Part shown: positions 39,176-48,754 of the stretch, piece by piece
How positions within the stretch are numbered: the stretch's first letter is position 1
Layout: the number at the start of each line of letters is the position of its first letter
Assembly (NCBI GenBank): GCA_015067485.1
Contig: SVMJ01000008.1
Coordinates: 3,583-67,582, forward strand
Direction: 5' to 3'
Length of the DNA: 64,000 nucleotides
From: Oscillospiraceae bacterium
Lineage (GTDB): Bacteria; Bacillota; Clostridia; Oscillospirales; JAAYXM01
Made by a program: the position numbers and the translations under genes
Notes under the pieces: generated by a model
Told to the model about the DNA's origin: nothing
Databases searched by the model: none
What the model saw: only the letters and a program-made list of their open reading frames with translations

Positions 39176-39865
39176 ATGGTCAGACTGTTGGACGTGTGCA
39201 AGGTATATGAAAACGGCACACCTGCGCTGAAAGGGATTAACCTTCAGATCGATGACGGCGAGTTTGTCTTTTTGGTTGGGTCATCTGCGTCGGGAAAATC
39301 CACACTTGTCAAGACACTTACGAGTGAAGTGAAAATGACTTCCGGTCGCGGTATCATCAACGGATTCAATCTTAATAAAATCAAAGACAAAGACATCCCA
39401 AAACTCCGCAGAACCATTGGTATCGTGTTTCAGGATTTCCGCTTGATCGAAAAGAAAAGTGTATATGAAAATGTCGCATTTGCGATGCGTGCGGTGGGGG
39501 CACCCCCTCGTGCGATCAAAAAACGCGTGATGTATGTCTTGCGTCTGGTAGGTCTGGACCACAAAGCTGCTTGTCTTCCGAAACAACTTTCGGGTGGTGA
39601 ACAGCAGCGTGTGGCAGTCGCACGTGCGCTGGTCAATAATCCCCGAATGATCATTGCAGACGAACCGACCGGCAACCTTGACCCGAAGATGTCGATGGAT
39701 ATCATGCGTCTGCTCGAACAAATCAATGCACTCGGCACCACGATTCTGGTTGTCACCCATGAACGTGAGTTGGTCAATGCGTTCTCCAAACGCGTGGTAG
39801 CGATTGGAGAAGGGCGCATCATCAGTGACAAGACAGGTGGGTATTATCAAGATGAAATTGTATAA
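39176..39865 (+). CDS. ftsE: Cell division ATP-binding protein FtsE
   Basis: LRRTIGIVFQDFRL, LSGGEQQRV, ADEPTGNLDP; precedes ftsX (alternative TTG start at 39170). Confidence 0.93.
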   Translation: MVRLLDVCKVYENGTPALKGINLQIDDGEFVFLVGSSASGKSTLVKTLTSEVKMTSGRGIINGFNLNKIKDKDIPKLRRTIGIVFQDFRLIEKKSVYENVAFAMRAVGAPPRAIKKRVMYVLRLVGLDHKAACLPKQLSGGEQQRVAVARALVNNPRMIIADEPTGNLDPKMSMDIMRLLEQINALGTTILVVTHERELVNAFSKRVVAIGEGRIISDKTGGYYQDEIV

Positions 39866-40739
39866 TATTTCTTATTTTTTCCGTGAAGCATTTTCCAGTA
39901 TCTTTACCCACCGCCTGATGAGCGTTGCGGCGACCGGCGTCATCATGGCGTGTCTGCTCTTGATGGGCAGTTTCACCTTGCTTTCGGTCAATATTGAGCA
40001 CATGCTCGAAGAAGTGGAAGCAAAAAACCAGGTGGTGGTTTTTGTCAATGAAACCTATACCGCAGAGCAAGCACAAGCCATCGCGGCTGATGTCAAAGCG
40101 GTGGAAAATGTAGTGGATGCACAGTATGTCTCGCGCGAACAAGCACTCGAAGAATTCCGTGTGGAACTCGGCGAAGACAGTAGTTTGCTTGACGGGCTTG
40201 GAAACGACAATCCGCTTCGCAACCGCTACGTTATCACCATGAAAGATCAGGCACTCACCCAGCAAACCGCAAACCTGCTTCGCAAAGTTGAGGGCGTTGC
40301 GGATGTGCAGTCACGTGCCGACATCTCGGACAAAATCGTGCAGTTGCGTCACATTGTGTCGGCAGTTTGCATCGTTTTGATTCTGATGTTGTTTGCGGTT
40401 TCGGTGTTCATTATTTCCAATACGGTAAACCTTACCATTTTCAACCGCAAGGAAGAAATTGCGATTATGAAAATGGTCGGTGCGGGAAACGGCTTTGTCC
40501 GCGCTCCCTTTATGCTCGAAGGCATGATTCTCGGTGCGGCAGGTGCGCTGGTTGCGTACTTGTTGCAGTGGGGACTCTATGAATATCTGATCGGTGTGGT
40601 TCTGGCGGACTTCTCGATTTTCTCCATGATCGGTTTCGGTGAAACCGCAGGCATGATCGCGATTTTGTTCGCGGTGGTGGGGATTTTGGTCGGAAGCATC
40701 GGAAGCGGTATCACCATGCGGAAATATCTCCGTGTGTGA
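39852..40739 (+). CDS. ftsX: Cell division permease FtsX
   Basis: ISNTV.L.IF.RKEEIAIMKMVGA...VRAPFMLEG; 4-TM layout. Confidence 0.93.
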   Translation: MKLYNISYFFREAFSSIFTHRLMSVAATGVIMACLLLMGSFTLLSVNIEHMLEEVEAKNQVVVFVNETYTAEQAQAIAADVKAVENVVDAQYVSREQALEEFRVELGEDSSLLDGLGNDNPLRNRYVITMKDQALTQQTANLLRKVEGVADVQSRADISDKIVQLRHIVSAVCIVLILMLFAVSVFIISNTVNLTIFNRKEEIAIMKMVGAGNGFVRAPFMLEGMILGAAGALVAYLLQWGLYEYLIGVVLADFSIFSMIGFGETAGMIAILFAVVGILVGSIGSGITMRKYLRV

Positions 40740-40800
40740 TGACAGTATTCCCCAAATATTCCGTAGCACCCGTGTTAGACTCTATGACGGAGGTGTAAAA

Positions 40801-41994
40801 ATGAAACAAAAGCATATTCGGATTGTTGCATCGGTAATCGCCATTGTGTTAGCACTTCTGCTGATCTTGCCGTTTGTTTTGGATATTTTCCTGTCGACTC
40901 AGGCATCTGCGGCAAATACGGTAAACAGTTTGAATCAAAAACTGGATGACCTTGAGAAAAAGCAGGCAGATCTGCAAAAGAAGATCAAAAATATCGATCA
41001 GCAGCAGAAAAGCGTGCAGGAAAAGAAAGCCGCACTTGATGAAAAAATTAAACTCACCAACTCGGAAATCTCTGCGATCAATGAGTTGATTTCGGCACTT
41101 GATGCGGAAATTGCGCAAAACCAAGCGGAAATCGATGCGTTGCAGGCAGATGTGGATCAAAAGTATAATCTCTTCAAGGAACGTGTCCGTGTCATGGAAG
41201 AAGAGGGTAGCGTATCTTATCTGAGCGTCGTGCTCTCTGCAGACAGTTTCGCCAGTATGCTCTCCCGTGCCGAGATCATCAACAACATCATCGATCACGA
41301 TAAGAAGCTGATCGACGGGGTCAAGGCGGCAAAGGCAAAGATTGAAGAGCAGCAGGCAAAGGTGGAGGCGGACAAGAAAGTCCAGACCGATGCCAAAGCC
41401 AAGCTGGATACGAAAAAGAAATCTCTGCAGGGCCAAAAATCCGAGGCAAATCAGCTCTTAACTACGCTCAATACGCAGGAAGAAGCATACAAAAAAGCGT
41501 ATAACGAAGCGGAAAAAGCGATGAACAGCGCAAAATCCGAACTGAAGAAGCTGCTCGGAACTTCGAGTAGTTCTTCGAGTTCTACTTATACCAGTATCAA
41601 ATTCACTTGGCCGACGCCGGGCTATTCCCGTATCACATCCCCGTATGGCACGCGTATGGACCCGATTTTCAAGACCAAGAAAATGCATACCGGCGTCGAT
41701 ATCGGCGCACCGATGGGTGCATCCATTGTCGCGGCGGCGGCAGGTAAAGTTGTGGTTGCGGGCTGGTCATCCAAGGGTTACGGCAACTACGTTGTCATCC
41801 AGCACGAAGGCTCGTTTAGTACCTTGTACGCGCATATGAGTAAGATCCTGGTCAAGAAGGGGCAGACGGTCAGCAAAGGCACCGCAATCGGGAAAGTCGG
41901 TTCTACCGGCTATTCCACCGGTCCGCACTTGCACTTTGAAGTGCTCATCAACGGTGATGACGTCAACCCGATGAAGTATTACAGCAAGGGGTAA
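40801..41994 (+). CDS. Coiled-coil M23 peptidase (EnvC/CwlO-like FtsEX partner)
   Basis: Long heptad region, HTGVD, YAHM, GYSTGPHLHFE. Confidence 0.92.
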   Translation: MKQKHIRIVASVIAIVLALLLILPFVLDIFLSTQASAANTVNSLNQKLDDLEKKQADLQKKIKNIDQQQKSVQEKKAALDEKIKLTNSEISAINELISALDAEIAQNQAEIDALQADVDQKYNLFKERVRVMEEEGSVSYLSVVLSADSFASMLSRAEIINNIIDHDKKLIDGVKAAKAKIEEQQAKVEADKKVQTDAKAKLDTKKKSLQGQKSEANQLLTTLNTQEEAYKKAYNEAEKAMNSAKSELKKLLGTSSSSSSSTYTSIKFTWPTPGYSRITSPYGTRMDPIFKTKKMHTGVDIGAPMGASIVAAAAGKVVVAGWSSKGYGNYVVIQHEGSFSTLYAHMSKILVKKGQTVSKGTAIGKVGSTGYSTGPHLHFEVLINGDDVNPMKYYSKG

Positions 41995-41999
41995 AAGAG

Positions 42000-43190
42000 A
42001 TGAAAAAACGCTCGATTACAACAACGATCGCGTTGATGTTGCTTGCGGCGACCGTGAGTTTCAGCATCACACTCTCTGTGTGCAGCAGACGCTTCGATGA
42101 TCAACTCAAAAATCTCGATGCGCTGATCTCCGAGCATGAGAAGATCGCAGAAGTCCAGACCGCGATCGACCAGTACTATGTCAACGAATACGACCGCGAA
42201 GCAGTTACTGAAGGCGCGGCAGTCGGTATGGTAGCATATTTGGGTGATCGTTGGTCATACTATCTAAATCCCGAACAGTATCAAGAATTCCAAAAGAGCC
42301 TGAACAACCAAATGGTCGGCATCGGAGTCAACGTTTTGGAAGACACCGAAACAGGCGGGATTTTGGTGGTAGGCGTCTACAAAAAATCCCCGGCCGAAAA
42401 AGGCGGTCTCAAAGTACATGACATAGTAACGCATGTTGACGGGATCGCAGTTCCTGAACTCGGCTACGAGCAGGCGGTCAACATGATCCGCGGACACGAG
42501 GGAACCAAGGTGAAACTGACCGTGCTTTCTCCGAACGGAAAGCAGACCGTGCGCGAAATCACGCGCCGTCAGCTGGAAGTGGAATCGGTTACATCACAGA
42601 TTTTGGATGGAAACATCGGCTATATTCAAATCACAAATTTTGATCTCAATGTGGACAAAAAGGTCATCGATACCGTGGAAAAAATGCAAAAAGCAAATGT
42701 TAACGGTTTGATTTTCGATGTACGCAATAATCCGGGCGGGTTCTTGCAGACCATGCTCAATATGCTCGATCAACTGCTTCCGGATTGCGTGATGTTAAAG
42801 CAGGTCGACAAAGCGGGCAACGAAGAAGTTTACCGCTCGGATGCGGAAGAAATCCAAATCCCGATGGCGGTACTCGTCAACGGCAACAGCATCAGCGCGG
42901 CAGAGTTTTTCGCGGCATCTTTGCAAGAGCACGGAAAGGGCATCGTCGTGGGTATGCCCACCACAGGTAAGGGCTGTTCGCAAACTCCCATTCCGCTCTC
43001 TGACGGATCGGCGATCGTGTTGTCGACCGATAAGTATTACACCGCGGGTGGGATCGATCTCGCGGCGCAGGGTGGCATTCAGCCGGATGTCAAGGTGGAA
43101 CTCACAAACGAAGAAATGCGTGCAAACTACACACGCCCACTCACCGAAGACCGGCAGGTACAAGCCGCAATCGAAGTGCTCACAAAATAA
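42000..43190 (+). CDS. S41 carboxyl-terminal processing protease (CtpA/CtpB-like)
   Basis: PDZ region (GIGV, SPAEKGGL), DVRNNPGG, SISAAE, GKG, GIQPD. Confidence 0.92.
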   Translation: MKKRSITTTIALMLLAATVSFSITLSVCSRRFDDQLKNLDALISEHEKIAEVQTAIDQYYVNEYDREAVTEGAAVGMVAYLGDRWSYYLNPEQYQEFQKSLNNQMVGIGVNVLEDTETGGILVVGVYKKSPAEKGGLKVHDIVTHVDGIAVPELGYEQAVNMIRGHEGTKVKLTVLSPNGKQTVREITRRQLEVESVTSQILDGNIGYIQITNFDLNVDKKVIDTVEKMQKANVNGLIFDVRNNPGGFLQTMLNMLDQLLPDCVMLKQVDKAGNEEVYRSDAEEIQIPMAVLVNGNSISAAEFFAASLQEHGKGIVVGMPTTGKGCSQTPIPLSDGSAIVLSTDKYYTAGGIDLAAQGGIQPDVKVELTNEEMRANYTRPLTEDRQVQAAIEVLTK

Positions 43191-43250
43191 AAAACAGGAA
43201 GCACGACTTTGGTCGCGCTTCCTGCCTTTTTGAAAGCTCTGACTGGGGAC

Positions 43251-43279
43251 TTGACAGTTTGTCCGTTCTTTTATATAAT
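43251..43279 (+). promoter_or_regulatory. Consensus sigma-A promoter for greA-lysS
   Basis: TTGACA-17-TATAAT, just after terminator hairpin at about 43193-43231. Confidence 0.8.
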
Positions 43280-43353
43280 ACTTGTTATTGGCTTTGAAAA
43301 ATTCATATATTTTCATCAAATATAGATATTTTTGAATTAAAGGAGTATCTGTC

Positions 43354-43821
43354 ATGCAAAAAGTATATAAATTGTCGAAAGCGCGTTTTCAGGAACTTCA
43401 GGAAGAACTGGAGTATATGAAAACCGTCCGCGAACGCGAAGTCGCGGATCAGATCAAGGAAGCGCGTTCCTTTGGTGATCTCTCGGAAAACAGCGAGTAC
43501 GATGAGGCAAAGAACGAGCAGGGGAAACTCTATTCCCGTATCGCCGAAGTGGAAAACATTTTGGCAAACTGCGAAGTGATGGAAGAAACCGTAGCATCCG
43601 GCACGGTCAAGACCGGTTGTCATGTTACCGTTTTGGATATGGACGACAACACCGAAGAAGACTACCAGTTGGTAGGTTCGCAGGAAGCAGATCCGTATCA
43701 GAGACGCATCTCGGAAGAATCTCCGTTCGGCAAGGCACTTCTTGATGCAAAGGAAGGCGACATCGTTTCTGTCGTTGCACCGGCAGGAACTTTGCATTAT
43801 AAAGTCATTAAGATCCACTAA
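43354..43821 (+). CDS. greA: Transcription elongation factor GreA
   Basis: EARSFGDLSENSEYDEAK, IS.ESP.GKALL. Confidence 0.97.
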   Translation: MQKVYKLSKARFQELQEELEYMKTVREREVADQIKEARSFGDLSENSEYDEAKNEQGKLYSRIAEVENILANCEVMEETVASGTVKTGCHVTVLDMDDNTEEDYQLVGSQEADPYQRRISEESPFGKALLDAKEGDIVSVVAPAGTLHYKVIKIH

Positions 43822-43880
43822 AATTCATCGGGAGCGTTTTGCTCCCGTCTGTTTTGTGATACCAAGAAGGAGGAATCAGG

Positions 43881-45383
43881 ATGTCTGAACAGACCGTTAT
43901 GCCGGAAGAAATGGAACAAACCGCTGAAGAATTAAGCGAGGTTCTGAAGGTCCGTCGTGAAAAATTGGATAAGTTGGTAGAAGAAGGGAAAAACCCGTTC
44001 GAAACCGTTACATATGACCAAACCCATCACTCCAAAGAAATCATCGATAACTTCGATACCATGGAAGGGATGGAAGTCAGTTTGGCCGGTCGTATGATGA
44101 GCCGCCGCGATATGGGTAAGGCGTTCTTCTGCGATTTGCTTGACCGCGATGGTAAGATCCAGCTTTACGTCCGTATCAACGACGTCGGCGAAGAAGAATT
44201 TGCTCGCTTTAAGAAGTTTGACATTGGCGACATTATCGGCATCCGTGGTACCGTCTTCCGCACCCGTCGCGGTGAGATCTCGGTCCATTGTACCCATGTT
44301 GAAATGCTCTCCAAGTCCCTAAAGCCGCTTCCGGAAAAGTATCACGGGCTGAAAGACCAGGATCTCCGTTACCGTCAGCGCTATGTTGATCTCATTGTCA
44401 ACCCGGAAGTCAAGGATACATTCCAGATCCGTTCTCAGATCTTCCGCGAAATCCGTAATTATATGGATGCGCGCGGATTCATGGAAGTTGACACCCCGGT
44501 TCTCCATACCTTGGAAATTGGTGCGGCAGCACGTCCGTTTGTCACCCATCACAACACGCTCGATATCCCGATGTATCTGCGTATCGAGACCGAACTGTAT
44601 CTCAAACGCTTGATCGTCGGTGGTTTGGAGCGTGTTTACGAAATGGGTCGCATCTTCCGTAACGAAGGTATGAGTGTCAAGCACAATCCGGAATTTACCA
44701 GCATGGAAGTTTATCAGGCATATGCAGACTTCCGTGATATGATGGATCTTACCGAAGATCTCTATGTCCACTTGACCCGTACCATCTGCAAGACCGATGT
44801 CATCCCGTATCAGGATCAGATAATCAATATGGCATCCCCGTGGGAACGTCTTACCATGGTGGAAGCAGTGCAGAAGTACGCAGGTGTGGATTACAACTCC
44901 TGGGCAGACGATGCGGCGGCACGCGCAGAAGCGGAAGCTCGTAATGTCCATGTCGAGAAAAACGCAACTCGTGGCGAAGTGCTGGTTGCATTCTTCGAAG
45001 AATTTGTCGAAGAACAATTGATTCAGCCGACCTTTATTTATGATTACCCGGTTGAAATCTCTCCGCTCGCAAAGCGTCGTGCAGATAACCCGCTCTTTAC
45101 CGAGCGTTTTGAGTTCTTCATCTATGCGCGCGAAATGGGCAACGCATTCTCCGAACTCAACGACCCGATCGACCAGCGTGAACGTTTCGAAAAGCAGGTT
45201 GCAGAGCGCCGTGCACAAGGTGTCAATGCAGAAGTGGATGAAGACTTCCTCAATGCTTTGGAATACGGCATGCCGCCGACAGGTGGTCTGGGCATCGGCA
45301 TCGACCGTTTGGTCATGCTGCTCACCAACAGCCCGTCCATCCGCGACGTACTGCTCTTCCCAACCATGAAACCGGAGAAATAA
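43881..45383 (+). CDS. lysS: Lysyl-tRNA synthetase (class II)
   Basis: RYRQRYVDL, FRNEG, HNPEFT, YGMPPTGGLGIGIDRL. Confidence 0.98.
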   Translation: MSEQTVMPEEMEQTAEELSEVLKVRREKLDKLVEEGKNPFETVTYDQTHHSKEIIDNFDTMEGMEVSLAGRMMSRRDMGKAFFCDLLDRDGKIQLYVRINDVGEEEFARFKKFDIGDIIGIRGTVFRTRRGEISVHCTHVEMLSKSLKPLPEKYHGLKDQDLRYRQRYVDLIVNPEVKDTFQIRSQIFREIRNYMDARGFMEVDTPVLHTLEIGAAARPFVTHHNTLDIPMYLRIETELYLKRLIVGGLERVYEMGRIFRNEGMSVKHNPEFTSMEVYQAYADFRDMMDLTEDLYVHLTRTICKTDVIPYQDQIINMASPWERLTMVEAVQKYAGVDYNSWADDAAARAEAEARNVHVEKNATRGEVLVAFFEEFVEEQLIQPTFIYDYPVEISPLAKRRADNPLFTERFEFFIYAREMGNAFSELNDPIDQRERFEKQVAERRAQGVNAEVDEDFLNALEYGMPPTGGLGIGIDRLVMLLTNSPSIRDVLLFPTMKPEK

Positions 45384-45389
45384 AAAAGA

Positions 45390-45424
45390 TAACCCAAGAT
45401 GCCATAGGTGTCTTGGGTTGTTTT
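45390..45424 (+). terminator. Intrinsic terminator after lysS
   Basis: aacccaagatgcc-ata-ggtgtcttgggttgtttt. Confidence 0.75.
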
Positions 45425-45453
45425 CGTGGATTTTTACAAAGGAGTATTGGGAA

Positions 45454-47052
45454 ATGAAAGCATGTGTGATTCAGCCGCCGTATTCAAGAGATACATCGTA
45501 TTCGGACGAGTATTTTGCATATAAACTTCAAAAACTCGACGAATGTGATGCGAGTATGGACATCATTGTGCTTCCTGAGTACAGCGATGTGCCGTGTGCA
45601 ACATCCACATTGGAAGAAACGCTTTTCTATCATAAAAAGTACATTCAAACTTTGCTTGATAAGTGTGTGGAGACCGCGAAGCGATGCAGTGCAAATGTGT
45701 TTGTAAACGCACTTTTTGACATTGGCGGAAATTATCGCAACACTACCTATGCGTTCAACAAGCGTGGGGAATTGGTTGGACAGTATTTCAAAAAACACTT
45801 GCCGCCGCTTGAACTCGAAGTGTTGAACCTGGATTCGGATTATACATTTGAATTCTCCGAACCGTATGTGATTGAAATTGACGGGCTCCGCTACGGGTTT
45901 CTTACCTGCTATGACTTCTATTTCTATGAAGCGTTTGCGCGAATTGCGCGTGAGAAAGTGGATATTATCATCGGCTGTTCTTTGCAGAGAAGTGACAGCC
46001 ATGATGCGATTGAGATCATGTGCCGATTCCTTGCGTATCAGACCAATGCATATGTCCTGCGTTCGTCTGTCAGTTTCGGGGAAGATTCTTTGGTTTGTGG
46101 TGCAAGCATGATCGTATCGCCGAAGGGAGAAGTCCTTGCAAACATGTATGGGAAATTCGGTATGGCGACCGCAGAATTTGATCCTGCGGACAAATACTAT
46201 AAACCCGCTGGCTATGGAAATCCCGATGCTCCGCATTACGAGTATATTGAATACGGGCGCAAACCGTGGCAATATCGTCCTGCGGGAAGTGCTGTGATTC
46301 AAAACGAAGAACAACTCGGATACCCGCGTGTTTGTGCACATCGTGGGTTCCACATCATTGCACCGGAAAACAGTATGCCGGCATTCGGCGCAGCAGTTGC
46401 AATGGGTGCGGAAGAAATCGAATTCGACATATGGCCAACCGCAGATGGTGAAATCGTATCCTGCCACGACCGCGACATTGGTCGCATCAGCACAGGCGAA
46501 GGTGTTTTGGTGGAAAAGACCTTTGAAGAGTTGAAGCGTTATGATTTTGGCGTGAAGGCAGGCGAAACATTCAAGGGAATGAAGATTCTCACGCTTGAAG
46601 ATATTTTGCGTAAGTTTGCAGGGCTTGTTATTATGAACGTCCATGTCAAACCACTCAATTGTGTTGATCCGTATCCTGACCACTTGATGCGTAAAATCGT
46701 AGACTCGATTCGTAAGTACAACTGTGAAAAGTACGTTTACCTGATGCTGGAAACCGATGTGCAGATCCGGCAGTTTAAGGAATATGCACCGGAGATTGCA
46801 GTGTGCGTCGGACATCTCAAGAGCCGTCCGTGGGAGATTGTGGACCGTGCGATTGAACTCGGTTGTGAAAAAGTACAGCTTTTTAAGCCGTATTACAACC
46901 AGGAAATGATCGATAAGGCACATGCACACGGAATCCGCTGTAATATGTTCTTCTCGGATGATGTGGAAGAAACAAAAGCGTTTTTGGAGATGGGGATTGA
47001 CACCATCTTAACGAATGATTATAATTTGATTTCACAGAGTGTTAAACGATAA
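45454..47052 (+). CDS. Fusion of carbon-nitrogen hydrolase (nitrilase superfamily) and glycerophosphodiester phosphodiesterase
   Basis: N-domain IVLPEY / YFKKHL / LTCYDF triad; C-domain from about 46321 AHRG..PENS..AF, EFD, CHD, ILTND. Confidence 0.85.
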   Translation: MKACVIQPPYSRDTSYSDEYFAYKLQKLDECDASMDIIVLPEYSDVPCATSTLEETLFYHKKYIQTLLDKCVETAKRCSANVFVNALFDIGGNYRNTTYAFNKRGELVGQYFKKHLPPLELEVLNLDSDYTFEFSEPYVIEIDGLRYGFLTCYDFYFYEAFARIAREKVDIIIGCSLQRSDSHDAIEIMCRFLAYQTNAYVLRSSVSFGEDSLVCGASMIVSPKGEVLANMYGKFGMATAEFDPADKYYKPAGYGNPDAPHYEYIEYGRKPWQYRPAGSAVIQNEEQLGYPRVCAHRGFHIIAPENSMPAFGAAVAMGAEEIEFDIWPTADGEIVSCHDRDIGRISTGEGVLVEKTFEELKRYDFGVKAGETFKGMKILTLEDILRKFAGLVIMNVHVKPLNCVDPYPDHLMRKIVDSIRKYNCEKYVYLMLETDVQIRQFKEYAPEIAVCVGHLKSRPWEIVDRAIELGCEKVQLFKPYYNQEMIDKAHAHGIRCNMFFSDDVEETKAFLEMGIDTILTNDYNLISQSVKR

Positions 47053-47064
47053 GTGGAGGAAGTT

Positions 47065-47598
47065 ATGGATCCGGTTAATCTGATTGCCCAAGGGTTTGGG
47101 CTGCTTGGTATGGCGTTTGCGTTTTGGTCATTCCAAAAGAAAGAGAACAATGCGTTTTTTATTTTGCAGGCACTGTGCGGTGTGATGTTTGCGATCAACT
47201 ATGGAATGATCGGCGCGGTCTCCGGACTGCTGTTTAACCTTGCAGGCGTTCTGCGCGGATTCCTGTTTCGGAAAAGCGATCGTGTGACTTGGAAACTCAT
47301 CGCGGTCGAAGCTGCGTTTTTGCTGTGTATCACAGTCTCGCTTGTGTTTTATACCAGAGGTGCGCTGCAGATCGTCCTGTCGCTCCTTACTTATTCCGCA
47401 CTTGCGGCGGGGACTTATGTTATGTGGACGGGAAGCGGCAAAAACATTCGTTATATCCAGTTGTTTTATGTTTCGCCCGCATGGCTGGTGTATAACATAT
47501 TCAACTTTACCCTGGGCGGAATCCTTTGTGAGTCGTTTAATATGATTTCAGCGATCGTTTCTTTTATTCGCTACGGAAAAGACGGATTTGAACAATAG
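47065..47598 (+). CDS. YgjV-family inner membrane protein
   Basis: IAQGFGLLG....SFQ.K, WLVYNI...TLGG..CE pattern; hydrophobic throughout. Confidence 0.75.
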   Translation: MDPVNLIAQGFGLLGMAFAFWSFQKKENNAFFILQALCGVMFAINYGMIGAVSGLLFNLAGVLRGFLFRKSDRVTWKLIAVEAAFLLCITVSLVFYTRGALQIVLSLLTYSALAAGTYVMWTGSGKNIRYIQLFYVSPAWLVYNIFNFTLGGILCESFNMISAIVSFIRYGKDGFEQ

Positions 47599-47614
47599 AA
47601 AGAGGTGTAAAACA

Positions 47615-47881
47615 ATGAGCCGCGATCACATTCTCGTTATGACAGACGAAAACGGCAAAAAGATCGAGTTTGAATTTCTCGATCAGATTGAATATAAAGG
47701 AAATCAATATGTCGTGCTCCTGCCGGTGGGGGAAGAAGACGATTTGGTTCTTATTCTTCAAATCGAATCAGAGGATGCAAAAAAGACCAGTTACATTGCA
47801 GTAGAAGATGAAGCGGTCGCAGATGCAGTGTATCATCTGTTCCGTGAACGTGCAAAAGATACCTTTGAATTTTTGGATTAA
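47615..47881 (+). CDS. DUF1292 family protein
   Basis: DENGKKIEFEFLDQIEYKGNQYVVLLP; acidic. Confidence 0.85.
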   Translation: MSRDHILVMTDENGKKIEFEFLDQIEYKGNQYVVLLPVGEEDDLVLILQIESEDAKKTSYIAVEDEAVADAVYHLFRERAKDTFEFLD

Positions 47882-47892
47882 ACGGTGATTTT

Positions 47893-48645
47893 ATGACTAT
47901 GGTAATGCTCACCGCGCTCGGTGTTGGCGGCGCAACCGTCATCGGCGCGATAGTTGGTTTTTGTTTTAAGAATATCTCGCATAAATTTTCCGATATTATG
48001 TTATCGTTTGCCGCAGGTGTCATGCTTGCGGCTGCGGTGCTTGGACTGATTCTTCCGTCTGTGGAATACGGTGGAAAGTTTGGACTTGTGGTCACTGTGC
48101 TTGGTATTTTTGCAGGTGCTATCAGCCTTGCTGCGATCGACAAACTCGTTCCGCATTTACATAAACTGGTGGGTGTGGAAGATGAATCCCATGCCAATGC
48201 AAATTTGAGCAAAGTTTTGCTCTTTGTGGCGGCAATTGCGATCCACAATCTGCCCGAAGGAATTGCAGCAGGTGTCGGTTTCGGCTCGGATAACAATGCC
48301 CAGGCACTGCTTATTGCAGGCGGTATCGCACTCCAAAACATCCCGGAAGGCATGGTTATCATCGGACCGATGCTTGCGGCAGGCGTTTCCCCGAAAAGAA
48401 CATTTTTCTGTGCGATGCTCACAGGACTTGTAGAAGTGTTCGGCACACTCATCGGATATTACGCGGTCAATATTGCATCTATCATTTTGCCGTTTGCACT
48501 TGCGTTTGCGGGCGGCACGATGCTCTATGTCATCAGCGACGAAATGATCCCCGAAACCCACGCACACGGAAGTCAGCGCGGGGCGACTTTTGCGCTTTTG
48601 GTGGGCTTTTGCATCATGTTGATGACTGACACATTACTCGGATAG
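47893..48645 (+). CDS. ZIP-family divalent metal transporter (ZupT/GufA-like)
   Basis: FAAGVML, HNLPEG, QNIPEG, AGGTMLYV..DEMIPE. Confidence 0.92.
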   Translation: MTMVMLTALGVGGATVIGAIVGFCFKNISHKFSDIMLSFAAGVMLAAAVLGLILPSVEYGGKFGLVVTVLGIFAGAISLAAIDKLVPHLHKLVGVEDESHANANLSKVLLFVAAIAIHNLPEGIAAGVGFGSDNNAQALLIAGGIALQNIPEGMVIIGPMLAAGVSPKRTFFCAMLTGLVEVFGTLIGYYAVNIASIILPFALAFAGGTMLYVISDEMIPETHAHGSQRGATFALLVGFCIMLMTDTLLG

Positions 48646-48754
48646 AAAAGAGCGGTAGCGTGCCGCTCTTTTTCCGCATCAAAAAAGAAATTTGAAATCT
48701 TTGTTTATTTGTGATATGCTATTATATAACAGTTTTTGAAAAAGAGGCAGAGAC

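Noticed and set aside
45484-46929. 481-aa minus-strand ORF
   Set aside because: Antisense shadow of the amidase-GDPD fusion
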